This document shows positions 10,261 to 18,525 of a DNA stretch of 64,000 nt, piece by piece. The position numbers and the translations under genes were made by a program. The notes under the pieces are model-generated. The model saw only the letters and a list, made by a program, of their open reading frames with translations. It searched no databases and was not told the DNA's origin. Position 1 is the stretch's first letter, and each line of letters opens with the position of its first letter. Source of the stretch: Gammaproteobacteria bacterium (GTDB lineage: Bacteria; Pseudomonadota; Gammaproteobacteria; Eutrophobiales; Eutrophobiaceae); the NCBI GenBank assembly GCA_963422205.2, contig CAXMWX010000009.1, forward strand, positions 224,001-288,000, read 5' to 3'.

Positions 10261-10668
10261 CGCCCTTCCCGCACATCCCTGTGCTTTACCGGCATTGCCT
10301 GCATGGATGCAGGTACTTGGGGTTTGCCGAGAGCAAAAATCCCAGGCGTACATCTCTGCAAACGCCGCTCGGCTCTGGTTTCCCTGGAGATAAATGTCAT
10401 GAATGCAGGAGTAAATTCACGACCGTGCATTCCGTAAACGCCCTTCCCCCACACCCCTGCGCTTTAAGGTATTGCCTGCATGGACGCAGGTACTTGGGAT
10501 TTGTCGGGAGCAAAAATCCCAAGAGTACATCCTGTACTCGCCGCTCCTGTGCGTGACCGCCATGGATGGTGGAAATGCAGCAGGATTGCCGGGAGCAATC
10601 CCTGCCCCTGCACTTGCGGCGTACAGTACATCCTGTACACGCCCTTCCCGCACATCCCTGTGCTTCAG
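10261..10668. repeat. Composite palindromic (REP/MITE-like) repeat with two long units and a third head
   Basis: CGCCCTTCCC(G/C)CACA(T/C)CCCTG(T/C)GCT at 10261, 10439 and 10640. The first two units continue with about 70 further similar nt. Many internal hairpins. Confidence 0.8.
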
Positions 10669-10689
10669 GGCATAAGTACTTCCTTATAC

Positions 10690-10714
10690 AAAAAAAAACG
10701 CCTGGTGACAGGCG
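10690..10714 (-). terminator. Rho-independent terminator of the pilin operon
   Basis: Minus strand reads CGCCTG-TCAC-CAGGCG followed by T9, just downstream of the 10752..11156 stop codon. Confidence 0.8.
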
Positions 10715-10751
10715 CTTATTACTGTGGTTTTTCGGGGCGCTGGATTATTCG

Positions 10752-11156
10752 TTAGGGAGAAGAAGCAGTATCAGGACAGCCACCGGTTAAAATAGTAACC
10801 GCAGTCGGGGTGTACACAGTCCACTCGGTTGGAGGAACTCGTTTTTGGGTGTCACATTTTCCTACAGATCCGCCCTCAGAACTGCCGCCGAATCTATACA
10901 GCCCATCATCATGACGTGCATTCACGACGATGGCAGAATCGTTCTCAAACGTCTGCAACTCAACACCTGAGGAGAGATTGAAGCTAAAGTTTTCTTTAAC
11001 AAATTTTGGTGTCCCAGTAAGGACTGGACATGCGCCAGAGGCTGGGTCTCCAGCGAAGCAATTTTGGCCTTCTTCGTCATACTTCTCAGCAAGCGCACTC
11101 TGGCCGGTGGCAACCAGCAGCAGGATGGCTGCCAGGCTAATTGTCTTGTTTATCAT
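10752..11156 (-). CDS. Secreted Cys-containing protein, putative PilA-C-like partner of the short pilin
   Basis: Sec signal ending in ALA, four Cys, GGSSEGGSV motif. Has its own GAGG RBS in the 20-nt gap after the pilin stop. Confidence 0.65.
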   Translation of the reverse strand: MINKTISLAAILLLVATGQSALAEKYDEEGQNCFAGDPASGACPVLTGTPKFVKENFSFNLSSGVELQTFENDSAIVVNARHDDGLYRFGGSSEGGSVGKCDTQKRVPPTEWTVYTPTAVTILTGGCPDTASSP

Positions 11157-11176
11157 GGTTAATTTCCTCTTTCAGA

Positions 11177-11359
11177 TTATTCGGATGCGGCGATGGCGGC
11201 AGTCAGGAAGTTACGGGCATCGGATTGAGCGCCCTTGTCGTTCGCCTTGCGTTTGTAGTTGGCAAATTGCGGGATGGCAATCGCCGCCAGAATGCCGATG
11301 ATCGCAATCACGATCATCAACTCAATCAGGGTGAAACCCTGCTGTTTCTTTCTCATCAT
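11177..11359 (-). CDS. pilA: Short type IVa pilin (PilA-N type, 52-aa mature chain)
   Basis: KKQQG^[24 protein letters not shown] prepilin cleavage/methylation motif. Strong AGGAG RBS. Ends after helix alpha-1. Confidence 0.85.
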   Translation of the reverse strand: MMRKKQQGFTLIELMIVIAIIGILAAIAIPQFANYKRKANDKGAQSDARNFLTAAIAASE

Positions 11360-11469
11360 GGTTATGTTTTCTCCTGTTAAATAACGATTTAGCCAATGCG
11401 GCCTGCCAGTTTTTACGTCTTTTTCATGCCTTCTCGTATCGCTGCCATGTTCGCCTGGCGATCATAATG

Positions 11470-11516
11470 GGACATATAAGCCGTTTTCGGTTGGCACTGT
11501 AGGATATATAAGCCGT
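11470..11516. promoter_or_regulatory. Pair of 15-bp direct repeats (C-box-like operators) between pilA and the XRE gene
   Basis: GGACATATAAGCCGT (11470) and GGATATATAAGCCGT (11502), 32-bp period. Confidence 0.55.
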
Positions 11517-11551
11517 GGACGCAAGCATTTTACGCAATTAGTTTTGTAAAA

Positions 11552-11866
11552 ATGCGTAAATACCCGCAATTAGTCGCCCTGGGCCTGCAAATTCGCAAAG
11601 TCAGGGAGGAGAAGGGGTACACTCAGGAGGGGTTTGCCGCCGAATCCGGCATAGATCGTGCGTATTATGGCCGCATTGAGCGGGGCGAGAATAACGTGGC
11701 GAGCCTGAATGTGATCAAGATCGCCATGACGCTGGGGGTGGAGGTGGGCGAGCTATACCCGCCGGTCCGGGTGCTGGGGCAGGCCGCTGTGATCCAGCAG
11801 GCACACCGGCCGGGCAGTCCACCGCCGGGCGCCTGCTGTGCGGACGGGCGGCATGTTGAAGAGTGA
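11552..11866 (+). CDS. XRE-family HTH regulator (R-M controller protein-like)
   Basis: LGLQIRKVREEKGYTQEGFAAESGIDRAYYGRIERGENNV. Confidence 0.85.
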   Translation: MRKYPQLVALGLQIRKVREEKGYTQEGFAAESGIDRAYYGRIERGENNVASLNVIKIAMTLGVEVGELYPPVRVLGQAAVIQQAHRPGSPPPGACCADGRHVEE

Positions 11867-11994
11867 CGGCGATTGACTCCTCTCGATTATTTCTACATCG
11901 CTGCCACTTTTGGTCATTTTATCTTCGCAGCTAACAATTTGGTACTCAATCGATGGGCATTGCCGTCAGCGAGGCATCTGGTCAGGCATAGCAG

Positions 11995-12195
11995 ATGCAG
12001 CTGGCTACCAGAGCGGATGCCCATCAATTACGCCAGGAGATGACCGGGCTGGATACCGGGATTAATTCAGCCCACTGGATGGGTGGGGGTAATCTTGTCT
12101 TGCGCCTGGGTATTTTGTCTTTTCTGTACCGGTTGTTAGCTGATGTCGGCTGGCTGTTGGCGGCGGCTGCCTGCCCCGGAAGGCGGGGTTTCTGA
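11995..12195 (+). pseudogene. Possible second DUF1640-like remnant
   Basis: QLATRAD...INSAHWMGGGNLVLRLGILSFLYRL resembles the LATKAD...KWM+TM C-terminal half. The N-terminus is missing. Confidence 0.4.
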
Positions 12196-13080
12196 AGGCA
12201 GATTTTCAAGCACGGTTCGGGCCAGTCGCTCGGCGATGCTGATCTCCTGTACCGATTGCAAACCCCGCCAGGCCGGGACGCTGTTCACCTCCAGCACCAG
12301 ATAGTTTCCCCGCATATCACGAATAATGTCCACGCCGCCGTAGTGCAGCCCGGTGGCGCGGGAGGCCTGCTCGGCCAGTTGCCGTAATTCGGGGGTCAAG
12401 ACGGCAGATAGGCAGTCACCGCCCCGCGCCCGGTTGGTGATCCAGCCGGCGGATACTCTCTCCATCGCCGCCACTGCCCGGTGGCCGATGACAAACACCC
12501 GCCAGTCGCGGCCGGCATGATCGGGCTGATCGATATAGTGTTGCAGGTAATACACGCCGTTGATCATGTCGGTATCCAGTTCACAGTCGGCCATATCAAT
12601 CAGTTTCAGGCCACGGCCACAGTTGCCAAACAAGGGCTTTTGCACCAGCCTTATGCCGTTATCAAGCTGTGCCTGAATGACAGCGCGCGCACATTGCTTC
12701 GATTCGCACACCCAGACATCCGGCGTCCTGATCTGGTGTTGCAGCAACAGGAAGCTGGTCATGGCCTTGTCTATGGTGCGCTCAATGATGCTGGCCGGGT
12801 TACAGACATAGACCCCGGCAGCATGCAGGGCGTGCAGGATGCCTAACCGGAATGTCACCTCTTCGAAGCTGCCAGCAGGCACGCTCCGCACCAGCACCGC
12901 ATCAGGCAGGGCATCATCAAAACCGGGGAGGGCGATACCGGCGGGGTGACCACTGCCAAGCCGACAGTCACGCAATGAACAGGTCGTATTGGCGGCCCCG
13001 TGCTGCATGAGGGCATGGTGCAACTCGGCTTCGTGCCAGCCGTGGTGTTCAGCAAATGTCACGGTGCGTTGCATTGTCAA
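12136..13080 (-). CDS. RimK-family alpha-L-glutamate ligase (H4MPT/methylofuran pathway Orf5/MptN-like)
   Basis: GSFEEVTFRLGILHAL, DKAMTSFLL, KPLFGNCGRG, VYYLQ, RDWRVFV, WITNRARG, EVNSVPAWRGLQ. Confidence 0.8.
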   Translation of the reverse strand: MTMQRTVTFAEHHGWHEAELHHALMQHGAANTTCSLRDCRLGSGHPAGIALPGFDDALPDAVLVRSVPAGSFEEVTFRLGILHALHAAGVYVCNPASIIERTIDKAMTSFLLLQHQIRTPDVWVCESKQCARAVIQAQLDNGIRLVQKPLFGNCGRGLKLIDMADCELDTDMINGVYYLQHYIDQPDHAGRDWRVFVIGHRAVAAMERVSAGWITNRARGGDCLSAVLTPELRQLAEQASRATGLHYGGVDIIRDMRGNYLVLEVNSVPAWRGLQSVQEISIAERLARTVLENLPSETPPSGAGSRRQQPADIS

Positions 13081-13147
13081 GTCAGGCGTGTGATACCTTT
13101 AGCGGCAGGGCCGGGCAGTATACCGCCGGGCAGCATGTAAAGATAAC

Positions 13148-14296
13148 ATGAAAGACAAGCGGCTCATTATTATCGGTGCCAGTGCCAGGGCGGCGGCGGA
13201 ATCAGCCCGGCGTGCCGGTTATGCGATCTACTGGCTGGATCAATTCGGCGATGTGGATGTCAAGGCCACCGGCCCCGGCCAGCGGATCCCGGCCGGTACC
13301 TATCCCGATGCGATCCCGATGCGGCTGGCCGCCGCCCCGGCGGTACCTTTTTTATATACCGGGGCGATGGAGAATCACACCGAGGTGCTGGCAGCGCTGG
13401 AGCAGCTAAGGCCGTTGCTGGGTAACGGCAGCCAGGTGTGCCAGAAATTGCACGATCACCAGGACATTGCCGAGCTGATTGCACGGCATAAGCTGCCGGT
13501 TGCCAGGGTTGTTGCGCCATCATCGGCACAGACACACACCGGCAAATGGTTGGAGAAACCGGTGTGCGGGGCCGGGGGTGCCGGGATCAGGGACTACCGG
13601 TATGGCGGCCCTCATCGTCCTGGCGAGGCGGCCTGTTACCTGCAACAGTTTATCGCTGGCGAAAGCCGCTCGGCGGTGTTTATCAGCAATGGCAGCGAGT
13701 GCGAGTTGCTGGGTGTGAGCGCGCAGCTTGTCGGTTTGCCAGCATGTAATGCCACCCCCTACAGCTACTGTGGCAGTGTCGGCCCCCTGACCATCTCCGC
13801 CCGGGAGTATGAGAACTGGCAGCAGTTGGGCCGGCTGCTGGTGCGTGCGTTCTGCCTGCTGGGTCTCTTTGGCATCGATGCGATCGTGACCGGCGATGCG
13901 GTGTATCTGGTGGAGATCAATCCGCGCTATACCGCTTCAGTTGAGGTGTATGAACTGGCGTATGGCATCAACACGATTGAACGGCATGAGCGCGCCTGTC
14001 ATGGACAGCCCCTGCCTGCATGGGACAGGCCACCGGCCACGGCAGTCGCCCCAGCCATAATAGGCAAGGGCTATCTGTTTGCTGCCAGCGATCTGAACAT
14101 GCCGGATCCCAGGCTCATGCAGGCGAGGCTGGGGCTTGATGGCCGGGTGCGGTTTGCTGATCTGCCCCACCCGGGGCAGCCAATCATGGCCGGCCAACCC
14201 ATGATGAGCCTGCTCATCCGCCGGGCGGATGCAGCCGAGGCGTATGCCGACCTGTTGCATGCGGCTGATCGTATCTCTGATTATTGCCTGCCTTGA
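13148..14296 (+). CDS. ATP-grasp protein (H4MPT-cluster Orf9-like carboligase)
   Basis: IIGASARAAAESA.RAGY....DQFGD.D, KP..GAGG.GI, GLFGIDAI, VEINPRYTAS. Confidence 0.75.
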   Translation: MKDKRLIIIGASARAAAESARRAGYAIYWLDQFGDVDVKATGPGQRIPAGTYPDAIPMRLAAAPAVPFLYTGAMENHTEVLAALEQLRPLLGNGSQVCQKLHDHQDIAELIARHKLPVARVVAPSSAQTHTGKWLEKPVCGAGGAGIRDYRYGGPHRPGEAACYLQQFIAGESRSAVFISNGSECELLGVSAQLVGLPACNATPYSYCGSVGPLTISAREYENWQQLGRLLVRAFCLLGLFGIDAIVTGDAVYLVEINPRYTASVEVYELAYGINTIERHERACHGQPLPAWDRPPATAVAPAIIGKGYLFAASDLNMPDPRLMQARLGLDGRVRFADLPHPGQPIMAGQPMMSLLIRRADAAEAYADLLHAADRISDYCLP

Positions 14297-14422
14297 CCCT
14301 GGCGGTATGGCGCCACACGGGTGGCTATTGGCAAGACCTGGCGGCCGTTATGGCGCTGCGGTCGCTGGCAAGGCGATTGTTCGGTTTTTCCTGTGGTCGA
14401 ATGTGGCGTACAATGGCTCATT

Positions 14423-15226
14423 ATGTCCGTTGCAATAGATGATTTGTCCAGCACGCCCGTGCTGTTGACCGAGATCGATTCACACATTGCCTGGCTGACG
14501 CTGAATCGTCCGGCCGAGTTCAATGCCTTGTCGGCGGAATTACTGGCCGCCCTGCAAGCCGCCCTGGATGAGATCGCAGAGTATGCCGAGGTGCATGTTG
14601 TGATTATCAAGGCCAATGGCAAGGCGTTTTGCGCCGGGCATGATTTGAAGGAAATGCGCTCAACCCGGCAGCGGGCGTTCCATCAGCAACTGTTCGAGCA
14701 ATGCAGCCGAGTGATGCAAACCATCAACACGCTGCCGCAGCCGGTGATTGCCATGATCCATGGGGTTGCCACGGCGGCGGGTTGTCAGCTGGTCGCTGCC
14801 TGTGATTTGGCCGTGGCGAGCGCCACTGCCCGCTTTGCTGTCTCCGGTATTAATCTCGGCCTGTTTTGCGCCACCCCGGCCGTGCCGCTCAGTCGCAACA
14901 TTCATCGCAAACAGGCGCTGAAGATGTTATTGACCGGCGAGTTTATTGATGCGGGGACGGCCCGGGAGTTTGGGCTGATTAACGAGGTGGTGGCGGCTGA
15001 CTCACTGCCGGGGGCTGTGCAACAACTGGCGGATCGCATCCTGGCCAAATCCCCGTTATCGCTACGCATGGGCAAGGCGCTGTTTTACCGGCAGTTGGAC
15101 ATGGATTTAGCTGCCGCTTATGCTGATGCCAGCACCACCATGAGTTGTAATATGGACAGCGAGGATGCACGTGAGGGCATTGATGCGTTTCTTGAGAAGC
15201 GCCAGCCTGACTGGTGCGGGCGGTAA
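14423..15226 (+). CDS. Enoyl-CoA hydratase/isomerase (crotonase)
   Basis: TLNRP, AFCAGHDLKEM, ATAAGCQLVAACDLA, EGIDAFLEKRQP. Confidence 0.9.
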   Translation: MSVAIDDLSSTPVLLTEIDSHIAWLTLNRPAEFNALSAELLAALQAALDEIAEYAEVHVVIIKANGKAFCAGHDLKEMRSTRQRAFHQQLFEQCSRVMQTINTLPQPVIAMIHGVATAAGCQLVAACDLAVASATARFAVSGINLGLFCATPAVPLSRNIHRKQALKMLLTGEFIDAGTAREFGLINEVVAADSLPGAVQQLADRILAKSPLSLRMGKALFYRQLDMDLAAAYADASTTMSCNMDSEDAREGIDAFLEKRQPDWCGR

Positions 15227-15246
15227 TTGATCACAGAGATAACAGT

Positions 15247-16881
15247 ATGCACGCCGATCACATCTACGAACACGGATTGACTAAAAATCCGGCCAACTAC
15301 ACGCCGCTCTCGCCGCTGACCTTCATAGTCCGTGCTGCTGCCGTGTTTCCTGACCGGCCGGCGGTCATCCACGGTACACAATGCTACACTTGGTCAGAAA
15401 CCTATGCCCGTTGCTGTCGGCTGGCGGCGGCCTTGCGGCGGGCCGGCATCGGGCCTGGCGATACCGTGGCCGTGATGTTGCCGAACATTCCAGCCATGTA
15501 TGAGCTGCATTACGGGGCCGGTATGGCTGGTGCGGTGCTGAATGCGCTGAACATTCGCCTGGATGCCAGCACCATCGCCTTCATGCTGGAACACGGCGAG
15601 GCCAGGGTATTGTTCACCGACAAAGAGTTCTCATCGGTGATCAAGCAGGCCCTGGCACAGGTGAAGCAGGAGTTGCTGGTGATCGATGTGGATGATCCTC
15701 TCTATGAGGGGGGCGAGTTTATCGGCGAGATGAGTTATGAGGACTTTTTAGCCACAGGCCAGGCGGACCTTGACTGGGCATTGCCGGAAGATGAATGGCA
15801 GGCCATCGCCCTGTCTTACACCTCCGGGACGACCGGCAACCCGAAGGGCGTTGTGACTCACCATCGCGGGGCCTATCTGAACGCTGTCTCCAATCTGATG
15901 GTGTGGAATATGCCCCGGCATCCGGTGTATCTGTGGACTTTGCCCATGTTTCACTGCAATGGCTGGTGTTTTCCCTGGAGTATTGCGGCGGCAAGTGGCA
16001 CCAATATCTGTCTTCGCAGCGTGCGTGCGGAGGCCATTTTTGCATTGATCAAACAACACCGGGTGAGTCATCTGTGTGGCGCCCCGATCGTCTTGAACCT
16101 GCTGGCCAGTGCAGATGCAACATTGAAGCAGGTCATTGAACACCAGGTGAATGTCATGACGGCGGCCTCAGCACCGCCGCCGGCGGTGCTGGAGGCGATG
16201 CAGCGAATGCACTTTCCCGTGACGCATGTCTATGGGCTGACAGAAATCTACGGGCCGGCGGTGGTGTGTGAATGGCATGATGAGTGGGATACCCGGCCAG
16301 TGGAGGAACAAGCCAGGCTCAAGTCCCGCCAGGGCGTGCGCTATCCCTTGCAGGAGGCCGTGATGGTCGCTGATCCTGATACCATGCAGCCCGTACCCAG
16401 GGATGGCAAGACGCTGGGGGAGGTGTTTCACCGAGGCAATATTGTCATGAAGGGCTACCTTAAAAACCCAGAAGCCACCCGGCAGGCATTTGCCGGCGGC
16501 TGGTTTCACAGCGGTGATCTGGCGGTGTGGCATGCGGATGGGTATATCGAGATCAAGGATCGATCCAAGGACATTATCATCTCCGGCGGGGAGAATATCT
16601 CCAGCATTGAGGTGGAGAATGTATTGTATCAACATCCGGCGGTGCTGGAGGCGGCGGTCGTCGCGAGGCCAGATGAGCAATGGGGCGAGAGCCCCTGTGC
16701 CTTTATCTCCCTAAAAGAAGATGCGGCGGTCAGCAGCGATGAGATGATTGATTTTTGTCGGGCTAATATGGCGGCATTTAAGATCCCTAAGCGGATCGTG
16801 TTTACTTCCCTGCCCAAGACCTCAACCGGTAAAGTGCAAAAATTTCTGTTGCGGGAGCAGGCCAGCAAGCTGGATGACTGA
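15247..16881 (+). CDS. Acyl-CoA synthetase (DmdB-like subfamily)
   Basis: ANYTPLSPL.F, YTSGTTGNPKG, WTLPMFHCNGW, YGLTE, SGDLA, DRSKDIIISGGENISS, LPKTSTGK. Confidence 0.9.
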   Translation: MHADHIYEHGLTKNPANYTPLSPLTFIVRAAAVFPDRPAVIHGTQCYTWSETYARCCRLAAALRRAGIGPGDTVAVMLPNIPAMYELHYGAGMAGAVLNALNIRLDASTIAFMLEHGEARVLFTDKEFSSVIKQALAQVKQELLVIDVDDPLYEGGEFIGEMSYEDFLATGQADLDWALPEDEWQAIALSYTSGTTGNPKGVVTHHRGAYLNAVSNLMVWNMPRHPVYLWTLPMFHCNGWCFPWSIAAASGTNICLRSVRAEAIFALIKQHRVSHLCGAPIVLNLLASADATLKQVIEHQVNVMTAASAPPPAVLEAMQRMHFPVTHVYGLTEIYGPAVVCEWHDEWDTRPVEEQARLKSRQGVRYPLQEAVMVADPDTMQPVPRDGKTLGEVFHRGNIVMKGYLKNPEATRQAFAGGWFHSGDLAVWHADGYIEIKDRSKDIIISGGENISSIEVENVLYQHPAVLEAAVVARPDEQWGESPCAFISLKEDAAVSSDEMIDFCRANMAAFKIPKRIVFTSLPKTSTGKVQKFLLREQASKLDD

Positions 16882-16957
16882 TGCCTGTTGATAGCGGTAA
16901 GCTGTACCATAGTTTAACAGACAACCAGAGCCTTGCCGCCCCCATCCTGTCGTTCTG

Positions 16958-18391
16958 ATGACGAACACCTTATACAGCAACGACAATTTATTCGTTCTCA
17001 AGGGAATGAACAGCGAGAGCGTCAATCTTGTTTATCTTGATCCGCCGTTTAATTCCAAGCGGATGTACTCGGCCCCCATAGGCAGCCGTGCGGCAGGCAC
17101 ATCTTTCAAGGACATGTGGAGTTGGCAGGATGTGAATGAAGCCTATCTTGATAAACTGATTGATGATTATCCTTTGCTGACTGACTTTATCAAATCCATT
17201 CAGGCCGCCCACAGCAAGGCGATGATGGCCTATGTGACTTACATGACACAACGGCTGATTGAACTGCACCGCGTATTAAAAAACACCGGTGCTATTTATC
17301 TACACTGCGATTCTACCGCTTCCCATTATTTGAAAATTGTTTTGGATCAGATATTCGGCAAAGAGAATTTTAGAAATGAAATTGTATGGAGAAGAACGTT
17401 TGCCCACAACGATCCTAAACAATTTGGCAGAAACAAAGACAATATTTTTTTCTATGTTAAAAGCAAGGCGCACAGGTTTAACAGAATTTACACGGAGTAC
17501 AGCGATGACTACAAGAAAGCATATTTTAATAAAAGTGATGACCGGGGCGCCTACCAATTAGTCACCCTGACTGGCCCTGGGACGAACTTTCAAGATGGGC
17601 AATGGCGAGGTTATCATCCGGCAGATGGTGGCAGGAGTTGGTCTATACCCAAAAGAATCGTGCGTGAGTTGACGGGAGGGCAACATGAAGGCCGTATGAC
17701 AAAAAAGGAAAAACTGGATTTGCTCTATGAGCATGGTTACATTGTGTTCTCCAAAAAAGGCGTGCCACGATTTAAGAGTTATTTATGCGAATTGCCGGGG
17801 GTTCCCGGCCAGGAGATATGGGTTGACATTAACCCCGTCAGCGCGCACAGCAAGGAAAGAACTGGCTACCCGACGCAAAAGCCGCTGAAGCTGTTACACC
17901 GGATCATCAAGGCCAGCAGCAATGAGGGCGATATCGTCCTGGATCCGTTTTGCGGTTGTGCCACTACCTGTGTGGCCGCCCAGCAGTTGAACAGACAATG
18001 GATCGGTATTGATATTGAAACCCGGGCGGCGGAGATTCTGATTCAAAGGTTAAGCGATGATGCCGGGATATTTAAAGATTTTATTCATCGGGCGGATATC
18101 CCGAACAGGACGGACATCAAAACAGAGTCCATTGATCAGGCCGTTAAACAGCGACTCTACCATGAGCAGGACGGCAAATGCCATGCCTGTGCCACGGTGT
18201 TTGAAATACAGCATCTGGAAGTGGATCACATTGTACCCAAATCAAAAGGCGGCGGAGATTATTATGAAAACTATCAGCTTTTATGCAGCCATTGCAACAG
18301 AGTCAAAGGCGATCGACCGATGGAGTATCTGCGTACCAAAATAAAATCCCGACAGGCGGCCTTAAGCCAGCACATCACCTTTGGCGAATAA
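16958..18391 (+). CDS. Beta-class N6A/N4C DNA methyltransferase fused to a C-terminal HNH endonuclease
   Basis: YLDPPF, GYPTQKP and DPFCGCATT, followed by KCHAC...VDHIVPKSKGG....NYQLLCSHCNRVKG. Confidence 0.88.
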   Translation: MTNTLYSNDNLFVLKGMNSESVNLVYLDPPFNSKRMYSAPIGSRAAGTSFKDMWSWQDVNEAYLDKLIDDYPLLTDFIKSIQAAHSKAMMAYVTYMTQRLIELHRVLKNTGAIYLHCDSTASHYLKIVLDQIFGKENFRNEIVWRRTFAHNDPKQFGRNKDNIFFYVKSKAHRFNRIYTEYSDDYKKAYFNKSDDRGAYQLVTLTGPGTNFQDGQWRGYHPADGGRSWSIPKRIVRELTGGQHEGRMTKKEKLDLLYEHGYIVFSKKGVPRFKSYLCELPGVPGQEIWVDINPVSAHSKERTGYPTQKPLKLLHRIIKASSNEGDIVLDPFCGCATTCVAAQQLNRQWIGIDIETRAAEILIQRLSDDAGIFKDFIHRADIPNRTDIKTESIDQAVKQRLYHEQDGKCHACATVFEIQHLEVDHIVPKSKGGGDYYENYQLLCSHCNRVKGDRPMEYLRTKIKSRQAALSQHITFGE

Positions 18392-18525
18392 CGCTCGCTA
18401 TGCAATCGACATGCTCTCTCAAGAAGGGATTGTGTACTGGAGACTGGCGCACCGCCGTTGCCATCCGTTCCGGTATAGTAGCGCCGATGGTTGCTTGACT
18501 GTCGGCCAGTCTGCCATGCCGTGGG

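Noticed and set aside
10261-10668. CRISPR array
   Set aside because: Only three heads, 178-201 bp periods, internally similar units and no cas genes.
9804-10790. Several overlapping ORFs across the repeat region
   Set aside because: They are translations of palindromic repeat DNA or alternative frames of Uma2, with no protein motifs.
11177-11359. Electrically conductive e-pilin
   Set aside because: Only 4 aromatics in 52 mature residues (F1, F24, Y27, F43). It lacks aromatics at positions 32, 50/51 and 57 used in e-pilin criteria, and no multiheme cytochromes are in the window.
11360-11470. Sigma-54 promoter for pilA
   Set aside because: TGGCA occurrences on the minus strand lack GC at the required -12 spacing.
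8192-12195. Prophage or integrative element
   Set aside because: No integrase, replication or structural genes, and no matching right-hand att copy was found.
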